The notes under the pieces were generated by a model. The model saw only the letters and a list, made by a program, of their open reading frames with translations, was not told the DNA's origin and did not search any database. From assembly GCA_963809595.1 (NCBI GenBank), contig CAWEKG010000001.1, forward strand, positions 280,326-344,325: a DNA stretch of 64,000 nt, read 5' to 3'. The position numbers and the translations under genes are program-made. Of this stretch, positions 38,902 through 46,062 are shown in pieces; position 1 is the stretch's first letter, and every line of letters starts with the position of its first letter. The DNA is from an uncultured Chloroflexia bacterium. GTDB lineage: Bacteria > Chloroflexota > Limnocylindria > Limnocylindrales > CSP1-4.

Positions 38902-40248
38902 CTACAGGATCGTCGGGAACCTGGGTCGCAGGGGTCCCCGCAGGTCGAGCGGCGTGTGGGCATCGAGCGTCTCGAGCAGCAGCCTCGTCCCGCCGATCCC
39001 GAACCGGTTCGCGGTGAGGTAGTCGCGGATCCCGACCCAGAAGGCGGTCGAGCCCATCCGCCGGCGGAGACCGTCGAGGACCCGGCCGCCCTGCACGTAG
39101 ACCACCTCGAAGTAGCAGCTCGCCGAGTAGCGGTAGATCGAGCGATCGAGGGTATCGGTCGCGCACCGGCTGCTCCGCCCGGTCCCGGTGATGAAGCGAG
39201 CGAGGAAGTCGGCCATCGCCTCGTCGGCGAACGGTTCGAGTGCCTGGTCGTTGCCGACGAGGGCGTAGAACCATTGGTGGGCCACCTCGTGGCTGACCAG
39301 CCAGGGGAGCCGACCGGTGGCCAGGCCGCGCGGGATCCAGATGAGACCCGGCGCCTCCATGCCGTAGCCGCCGCCGCTTTCGGCCACGACGAAGGTCGGG
39401 TACGGGTAGGGCCCCATCAGGGCCTGGTACCGACGGAGGGCCCGGAGGGCGAGCGCCATGAGTCTCGAGCCGTTGCCGGACGGGAACGCGTAGACCCGGA
39501 CGACGATCGAGCCGAGCCTCGCGGTGCGCGCCGTCCAGAGCGGACTGGCGGCGATGACGAAGTCCCGGACATCGTGGGCCAGCCAGGTCGAGCTGAGGCC
39601 GCTCGTCGCGATCCGCCGGCCGCTCGTCGCGAGGCGCATCGCCCGGTCCGTGGTGATCCGGACACGGACGGACGGGCTGGTCGGTGTGACGAAGGGATCA
39701 CCGTGACCGGGTCGGGCGAAGGGATGGACCCGGCTGACCCAGGGGAGCCAGCGATAGAGCTGGATGACGCCGTTGGCCCGGGCGAACAGCCAGTCAGACC
39801 CCGCGGTCGTTCGTCGGGCGGTCGCCGTGAATGCGATCCGGACGGTCGTCGTCGCGTCGTCGGGCAGGATGCCGCCGAGGGGCACGACGATCGTCTGATC
39901 CCGGATCGTCGGACTGATGGCCCGGCCGTCCACGGTGAGGCCCGTGATCCGGAGCCGACCCAGTCGGGCGGCGACGGTGTTCAGCTCGATCCGGTCGATC
40001 GGCCCGCCCGACCGGTTGCGGACCTCCATCAGCGAGACCACCGAGATCGAACGGGAGCGGTAGGACAGTCTCAGGCGCACGTCGTAGGTCGCCTCGAGGT
40101 CGAGGCTCGTCCGACCGACCGCGCCCGGCACGATCGTTCCGGTCGGCTCGGCGGCGCGCGCGACGGCCCGTCCGGGGTCGGCACCGGGCAGGAGTCCGAC
40201 CAGCAGGGCGGTGACCGCGGCGATCGCCAGGATCCGGGGTCCCGGCAT
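38902..40248 (-). CDS. M1-family (aminopeptidase N-like) zinc metallopeptidase, secreted
   Basis: ORF 38902..40407. Start at MPGPRILAIAAVTALLVGLL (ATG 40248) with a signal peptide. Gluzincin motif HEVAHQWF...N18...E. Confidence 0.75.
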   Translation of the reverse strand: MPGPRILAIAAVTALLVGLLPGADPGRAVARAAEPTGTIVPGAVGRTSLDLEATYDVRLRLSYRSRSISVVSLMEVRNRSGGPIDRIELNTVAARLGRLRITGLTVDGRAISPTIRDQTIVVPLGGILPDDATTTVRIAFTATARRTTAGSDWLFARANGVIQLYRWLPWVSRVHPFARPGHGDPFVTPTSPSVRVRITTDRAMRLATSGRRIATSGLSSTWLAHDVRDFVIAASPLWTARTARLGSIVVRVYAFPSGNGSRLMALALRALRRYQALMGPYPYPTFVVAESGGGYGMEAPGLIWIPRGLATGRLPWLVSHEVAHQWFYALVGNDQALEPFADEAMADFLARFITGTGRSSRCATDTLDRSIYRYSASCYFEVVYVQGGRVLDGLRRRMGSTAFWVGIRDYLTANRFGIGGTRLLLETLDAHTPLDLRGPLRPRFPTIL

Positions 40249-40322
40249 GCCCACCAGGGAGGTCACCCCGCGAGGATACCTCTGGCGCCGCCCTGCGCTC
40301 TGCGGGCGCGACGGCGTGCGAC

Positions 40323-41589
40323 TTACGCCCGCTTGCGGGGGAGGTCCAGGAAGGGCAGCTCGACGACCGTTGCGCCGACCCGACCGCGGCGCGCTTCGAC
40401 GGTCCACTCGACCGAGACCGTCGAGCCGACCCGCTCGTGGCTGGGTGGGACCGAGGCCAGGGCGATCGGCTTCTTGAGGATCGGGCTCCAGCCGAGGCTG
40501 GTCACCCGGCCGAGCTGCTTCGTGCCGGTCGTGTCGAAGAGCGGGACGTGCGCGCGCGAGACGACCGCCGGGGCCGTGGGTGGGAGCCCCCGGGCGTCGT
40601 ACAGCGCCACGATGTCATCCCACGACAGCTCGAGTCCCACGAGCCGCCGGGCCGGGCCGCCGGCCGCCTGCTCGGCGGCGAGGGCGCGCTTCCCGACGAA
40701 GTCCGCCTTTGGCCGGGTCGACGAGTCGACCCAGCCCGATCTCGTACGGCGAGTAGGCCTGGTCGGCGTTCATCGCGTGACGGGCGCTGGTGTAGTCGAC
40801 CTCGAGGAGGATGAGCCCGGCCTCGAGCCGGACGACGTCGAGGGCGATCATCCCGGCCGGCCGGATCCCGTAGGGCTTGCCCGCCGCCAGCAGCGCGTCG
40901 AAGACGTCGACCGCGCGCTCGACCGGGATCCACAGCTCGTAGCCCAGGTCGCCGGTGTAGCCCGTCCGGCTGACGTCCACGGTCGTCCCCGCGACGCTGG
41001 CCTCCCGTCGACGGAAGTAGCGCAGATCCTCGAACGACTCCCCGGCGGCGGTCTCGAGGACGGCTCGGCTCCACGGTCCCTGCAGGGCGATCGCGGCGAG
41101 CTTCTCGCTGACGTCCTCGACCTCGACCTCGAGCCCGCCCGCGTTCATCGTCAGCCAGCGGTACTGCGGGTCGGCGGCGGTCCAGCGGAAGCGGTCCTCG
41201 GCCAGGCGATGGACGGTCCCGTCGTCGACGACCTTGCCGTCCTCGTCGCACCACGGGGTGTAGTAGACGGCGCCGACCTTGAGCTTCGTCGCGTCGCGGG
41301 TGATGACCCGGTCGACAAGCTTCTGGGCGTCGCGACCGCGGACCTCGTACTTGTAGAGCGGGCTCACGTCGATGAGCGCGGCCTGCTCGCGGATCGCGTT
41401 GTACTCGATGTCGTGGAAGTCGGCGTAGACGCTGGCCGCGAAGTAGCCCGACCATTCGCGCCACTGCATCTTCCGGTTGTGCGCCTCGGTCCGTGGGTGG
41501 AACGCGGTCCCGACGCTCAAGGTCTGCTCCTCCACTGGGACGGCGCGTCCCCCGCCCGCGGCCGGCGCCGCGTCACGGCCAGTATGCAT
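40323..41589 (-). pseudogene. aminomethyltransferase (GcvT) family protein, interrupted by one frameshift
   Basis: The N-terminal 290 aa are in ORF 40615..41703 (AFHPRTEAHNRKMQWREWSGYF...IDVSPLYKYEVRG...YTGDLGYELW). The C-terminal 105 aa are in ORF 40323..40640 (RRLVGLELSWDD...). The frames join at CCGGCCAAAGGCGGAC, around plus-strand 40705..40715, and removing 1 nt restores LVDPAKADFVGKRAL. Length 1267 = 3n+1. Start is ATG 41589 or GTG 41535. Confidence 0.8.
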
Positions 41590-41611
41590 GGTTCCTATGC
41601 AGTCTGGATGC
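41583..41611 (+). repeat. AT-rich motif copy 1: TATGCATGGTTCCTATGCAGTCTGGATGC
   Basis: 21/29 identical to the copy at 42391..42419, with shared blocks TGCATG and CCTATGCAG. Located at the 5' end of the GcvT-like gene. Confidence 0.6.
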
Positions 41612-41621
41612 CCGGTCGGGT

Positions 41622-42002
41622 TCAGCCGTAGGCGAGGACAGGGACGCCGAGCCGCTCGAAGTCCCTCGGGTTGCGGGTCACCACCGTCGCCTCGAGCGAC
41701 CACGCGACACCGGCGATGATCGCGTCGGAGAGCGACCGCGCGTCGGTCGCCCGCCGCGCCCGCCGAGCGTCCCCGGCCCAGGCGGCAGCGTCGGGGTGCG
41801 TCGAGACATACTCCAGGACCCGGATCAGGCCGGCGATCACGCCGCGTTCCATGTCGTGCCCACCCGATAGGGCTTCGGCCACGACGATGTCGCAGGTGTA
41901 CAGGTCATTCGGCTCGTTGAACAGGGACGCGACGAGCTCCGGCGCGCCGTGAAGGTCCTTGGCGTGGTCGATCAGGACGGTCGTGTCCAGCAGATAGCGC
42001 AA
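41622..42002 (-). CDS. vapC: PIN-domain toxin VapC
   Basis: ORF 41622..42050. TTG at 42002 follows GGGAGG by 6 nt. LRYLLDTTVLIDH...IVVAEAL...VVTRNPRDFERLG carries the PIN acidic residues. Confidence 0.8.
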   Translation of the reverse strand: MRYLLDTTVLIDHAKDLHGAPELVASLFNEPNDLYTCDIVVAEALSGGHDMERGVIAGLIRVLEYVSTHPDAAAWAGDARRARRATDARSLSDAIIAGVAWSLEATVVTRNPRDFERLGVPVLAYG

Positions 42003-42267
42003 CGTCGTCCTCCCAGATCCATGGGCGATCCCAGGACTCGCGTGCCTCACGGAGCAACCGGTCGGTCTCCTCGGGGGTCCGGCCCCACCCGCCGGAGTCC
42101 TTCAGGGCGCCGGCGTACTTCGCGAAGACGAGCCGGGCGTTGTCGCGGCGGACCTGCTTCGCGACGATCTCGGCGATGTAGCGGCTTCGCCCGCGCGGCC
42201 CGGCCACCGCATCGACCAGGGCCAGGGTCTCCTCCGGAAGGGTGATGTTGGTCCGGACGAGAGCCAT
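41905..42267 (-). CDS. vapB: ribbon-helix-helix (CopG-like) antitoxin VapB
   Basis: ORF 41905..42300. ATG 42267 follows GGAGGCAAACG. MALVRTNITLPEETLALVDAVAG...SRYIAEIV is an RHH N-terminus. The frame stays open about 98 nt into vapC. Confidence 0.7.
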   Translation of the reverse strand: MALVRTNITLPEETLALVDAVAGPRGRSRYIAEIVAKQVRRDNARLVFAKYAGALKDSGGWGRTPEETDRLLREARESWDRPWIWEDDVALSAGHDRPDRPRQGPSRRAGARRVPVQRAE

Positions 42268-42390
42268 CGTTTGCCTCCGCGTGTGCACGACTCGACACAC
42301 AGTCTATCACACATTCGCCCGCCGGCCGGGTCCTCGCCCGATGGTGGAGTGCGAGCGGGCGAGCAGCCGACCCGGGCCCTCGGGTAGAGT

Positions 42391-42419
42391 TGTGCATGAA
42401 ACCTATGCAGCCTGCATGA
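42391..42419 (+). repeat. AT-rich motif copy 2: TGTGCATGAAACCTATGCAGCCTGCATGA (contains palindrome ATGCAG-C-CTGCAT)
   Basis: Direct repeat of 41583..41611, located about 65 nt upstream of the first CrtI-like gene. Confidence 0.6.
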
Positions 42420-42481
42420 GGGCGAACGTCCCGCGCCGCCGGCTGACGCCCTGACCGACGCAGGACCCGACGGAGGACCCC

Positions 42482-44077
42482 GTGGCCGAGACGTACGACG
42501 CGGTCATCATCGGCGGCGGCCACAACGGTCTTGTCAGTGCGGCCTACCTCGCCCGGGCCGGGCTGAGGACCGTGGTCCTCGAGAAGCGCGACGTCCTCGG
42601 CGGGGCGGCGGTCACCGAGGAGATCTTCCCGGGCTTCCGGTTCTCGGTCGCCAGCTACGTCGTCAGCCTGCTCCGTCCGGAGATCATCCGGGAGCTGGAG
42701 CTGCCCAGGCACGGTCTCGACATCCTGCCCCTCGACGGCACGTTCACCCCGCTCCAGGATGATTACCTCTGGCGGGTCAACGACCACGGCCGGACGATCC
42801 GCGAGCTCCGTCGCTGGAGTCTGAGCGACGCCGAGGCCTACGAGGAATACGGCCAGCTCATGGTCGAGATGGCGAAGTTCATCAAGCCGATCCTGAGCCT
42901 CGTACCGCCCGACATGACCGGGCTCGACCCGCGTCACTTCAGCCCGTTGACCGGGCTCCTCCGGTCGTTCCAGCAGCTGCCCGAGAAGCAGCAGGCGGTC
43001 TTCGTCCAGCTCATGACGATGAGTGCCACCGGCTTCCTGCGCCAGTGGTTCGAGACCGACCCGCTCATCGCCACGATGTCGGCCTCGGGGATCATCGGGA
43101 CATACCAGGGTGTCCAGAGCCCGGGCACGGCCTATGTCCTGCTCCATCACTACATGGGCGAGATCGACGGCGCCTTCCGGGCCTGGGGGATCCCCCGCGG
43201 CGGGACCGGCGGCGTCTCGGAGGCGATCGGCAGCTCCGCCCGTGCCCTCGGTGCCGAGATCCGGATGGAGGCCCCGGTCGCCAACATCATCGTCCGGGAC
43301 GGCCGGGCGGTCGGGGTGGCGCTCGAGTCCGGCGAGGAGATCGCCGCGAAGGCGGTCCTCAGCTCGGTCGACTCGCGGCTGACCTTCCTCGGCCTGATCG
43401 AACCCGGGACCCTTGACCCTGCCTTCGTGGAGGAGGTCGGCCGGTTCAAGTTCCGCGGCTCGTCCGGCAAGGTCAACCTGGCCGTCGACCGCCTGCCCGA
43501 CTTCAGCTGCCTGCCCGGCGAGGGCGACCATCTCCGCGGGGCGATCAGCTTCAGCGCCAGCGTCGACGACATGGAACGCGCCTACGACGACGCCAAGTAC
43601 GGGCACTGGTCCCGCCGGCCGTACATGGACATGATCATCCCGACCCTGGTCGATCCGACCATGGCGCCCCCGGGCAAGCACGTCATCAGCTGCTTCGTCC
43701 AGTACGCCCCCTACCGACTCGACCCGAGCCTGGGGTCCTGGGACGACAACCGGGAGGCGTTCGGTGACGCGGTGATCGACCGGATCGCCGAGGTCGCCCC
43801 GAACATCCGGGACATCATCCTTCACCGCCAGGTCCTCACCCCGCTCGACATCGAGCGCCGGTTCGGGCTGACCGAGGGCAACATCTTCCAGGGCGAGCTG
43901 AGCCTCGAGCAGCTCTTCTTCAATCGCCCCGTCCCGGGCTACGCCCGGTTCAGGACGCCCGTCCGCGACCTGTGGCTGTGCGGCTCGGCGACCCATCCGG
44001 GCGGCGGGATCATGGGCGCCAACGGCCGGATCGCGGCGATGGAGGTCCTCAAGGCCTTCGGGCGGAAGGCGGCCTGA
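42482..44077 (+). CDS. phytoene-desaturase-family (CrtI-like) NAD(P)/FAD-dependent oxidoreductase
   Basis: 531 aa. YDAVIIGGGHNGLVSAAYLARAG...VLEKRDVLGG Rossmann motif. C-terminus GSATHPGGGIMG. Confidence 0.8.
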   Translation: MAETYDAVIIGGGHNGLVSAAYLARAGLRTVVLEKRDVLGGAAVTEEIFPGFRFSVASYVVSLLRPEIIRELELPRHGLDILPLDGTFTPLQDDYLWRVNDHGRTIRELRRWSLSDAEAYEEYGQLMVEMAKFIKPILSLVPPDMTGLDPRHFSPLTGLLRSFQQLPEKQQAVFVQLMTMSATGFLRQWFETDPLIATMSASGIIGTYQGVQSPGTAYVLLHHYMGEIDGAFRAWGIPRGGTGGVSEAIGSSARALGAEIRMEAPVANIIVRDGRAVGVALESGEEIAAKAVLSSVDSRLTFLGLIEPGTLDPAFVEEVGRFKFRGSSGKVNLAVDRLPDFSCLPGEGDHLRGAISFSASVDDMERAYDDAKYGHWSRRPYMDMIIPTLVDPTMAPPGKHVISCFVQYAPYRLDPSLGSWDDNREAFGDAVIDRIAEVAPNIRDIILHRQVLTPLDIERRFGLTEGNIFQGELSLEQLFFNRPVPGYARFRTPVRDLWLCGSATHPGGGIMGANGRIAAMEVLKAFGRKAA

Positions 44078-44079
44078 CG

Positions 44080-45705
44080 ATGACGACGACCTCGAAGACC
44101 ACCTACGACGCGATCGTCGTCGGCGCCGGGCACAACGGTCTCGTCGCCGCCGCCTACCTGGCGAGGGCCGGGGTCAGCGTCCTCGTCGTCGAGCGACGCG
44201 AGCGGGTGGGCGGGATCGCCGACACGGTCGAGATCGCTCCCGGGATGAAGGTCCCGGCGGTCCTCCACACGGTCGGTCGGCTGCGGCCCTCGGTCGTGCG
44301 CGAGCTGGAGCTGCGCCGGCACGGCCTGTCGCTGGTGGCCCCGGACGTGCGGGTCTTCGCTCCCCAGCCCGACGGCCGGGCGGTCACCCTGTACACCGAC
44401 CCCGCCCGGACCGCCCACGGGCTGCGCGCCTGGTCCGAGCACGACGCGGACGGTTATGCCGGGTTCGACCGGCTGGTCCGCTCGCTCGGGCGGTTCATCG
44501 CCGGGCTCGCGGCCGAGACCCCGCCGGACGTGAAGACCCCCGGGCTGGGCGACGCCCTGGCCGGGCTCCGGCTGGGGCGCGCCTTCCGCGGGTTGGGCAA
44601 GGGCGATTCCCGCTCGATCCTGCGGGTCCTGCCGATGGCCATCGCCGACTTCGTGGCCGAGGCCTTCGAGACCGACCCCCTCCGCGCGGCGATCGCGACC
44701 CGGGGCTTCCAACACACCGCGATGGGGCCCTGGTCGGCCGGCACCACGAACGTCTTCCTGGCCGATTCGGCGGGCAACGACGGCGGCGCAGCCGGTCAGA
44801 CGGTCTATGCCAGGGGCGGTCCCGGGGCGCTGTCCGAGGCGCTCGCGGCGGCCGTCCGGGCCGCCGGCGGGGAGATCCGGACCGGGGCGGAGGTCGCCGC
44901 GATCAGGACGGCCGACGGACGGGCGACCGGCGTGGTCCTGGCCGACGGCGAGGAGATCGGCTCGCGGATCGTGGTCGCCGGGGCCGATCCGAAGCGGGTC
45001 CTCACCACGCTCCTCGACCCGGTCGTCGTCGGACCGGGGATGCGCTGGCGGGCCGGCAACATCCGGACGCCGGGGACGGTCGCCAAGGTCAACCTCGCCC
45101 TCCGCGGGATGCCCCGATTCCCCGCCGCCGGTGATGGCGCCGAGGCCCTCGGTCGCCTCCGTGGGCGGATCGTCATCGCCCCGGGGATCGACCACGTGGA
45201 ACGGGCCTTCGACGCCTCGAAGTACGGTCGGCTGAGCGAGTCGCCCTATCTCGAGGCGACGATCCCGTCGCTGGTGGACCCGGACCTGGTGGCCGGCGCA
45301 GCGGACGGCAGCCAGGTCGTGAGCATCCACCTCCAGTGGGCCCCGTATACGCTCCGCGAGGGGACCTGGGACGAGCGCCGCGACGAGCTGGGCGATCTGG
45401 CCGTGCGGACTCTCGAGGCGTACGCCCCCGGGCTCGGCGACCTGGTCACCGCCCGGCAGGTGCTGACCCCGCTCGACCTCGAGCGTGACTACGGCCTGAC
45501 CGGCGGTCATCCGTACCATGCCGAGCCGTCGCTCGACAGCTTCTTCGTCTGGCGGCCCCTCTTCGGGCACGCCCGCTATCGCCTGCCGGTGGACGGGCTC
45601 TACCTGGCCGGCTCCGGGGCGCACCCCGGCGGCGGGATCACCGGGCAGCCGGGTCAGAACGCCGCCCGGGAGATCCTGGCCGACCGGAAGCGCTGGCGCC
45701 GATAG
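44080..45705 (+). CDS. phytoene-desaturase-family (CrtI-like) NAD(P)/FAD-dependent oxidoreductase, tandem paralogue
   Basis: Frame of ORF 43972..45705 with ATG 44080, 2 nt after the upstream stop. YDAIVVGAGHNGLVAAAYLARAG ... GSGAHPGGGITG. Confidence 0.8.
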   Translation: MTTTSKTTYDAIVVGAGHNGLVAAAYLARAGVSVLVVERRERVGGIADTVEIAPGMKVPAVLHTVGRLRPSVVRELELRRHGLSLVAPDVRVFAPQPDGRAVTLYTDPARTAHGLRAWSEHDADGYAGFDRLVRSLGRFIAGLAAETPPDVKTPGLGDALAGLRLGRAFRGLGKGDSRSILRVLPMAIADFVAEAFETDPLRAAIATRGFQHTAMGPWSAGTTNVFLADSAGNDGGAAGQTVYARGGPGALSEALAAAVRAAGGEIRTGAEVAAIRTADGRATGVVLADGEEIGSRIVVAGADPKRVLTTLLDPVVVGPGMRWRAGNIRTPGTVAKVNLALRGMPRFPAAGDGAEALGRLRGRIVIAPGIDHVERAFDASKYGRLSESPYLEATIPSLVDPDLVAGAADGSQVVSIHLQWAPYTLREGTWDERRDELGDLAVRTLEAYAPGLGDLVTARQVLTPLDLERDYGLTGGHPYHAEPSLDSFFVWRPLFGHARYRLPVDGLYLAGSGAHPGGGITGQPGQNAAREILADRKRWRR

Positions 45706-45748
45706 GCGCTGGGAGGTCGCTGGGCCCCGCCGGCTGAGCGTCGGTCGA

Positions 45749-46012
45749 TCAGCGGTCCACGCCCTCGAAGGCGGTGTCGAGGGGATCGACCCGTTCCAGG
45801 CGGCGGGTGTAGGTGTCGAGCAGGGCGCTGCCAAGCAGCTGGGCCACGACGCCAAGCCCGACGACCGCGCCGACGACGATCAGGATGCGGAGCGGCAGGG
45901 CCAGGGTCGACCAGCGCCGCCGCACGCCCTCGAGCGCCGAGGGGCCGGCCGGCGTGTCGGCGGGGACCTCGTCGGTCGGAGCTGCGTCCGCCGGGACATC
46001 GGGTTCGATCAT
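45749..46012 (-). CDS. hypothetical small membrane protein
   Basis: 87 aa. An acidic N-terminus, one TM helix (LALPLRILIVVGAVVGLGVVAQLLG) and a short tail. Coding status is uncertain. Confidence 0.4.
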   Translation of the reverse strand: MIEPDVPADAAPTDEVPADTPAGPSALEGVRRRWSTLALPLRILIVVGAVVGLGVVAQLLGSALLDTYTRRLERVDPLDTAFEGVDR

Positions 46013-46062
46013 CGTGCCACCTCTGGAGCGGGTGTGGACCTCGTCGACGCCCGCGGATGGGC

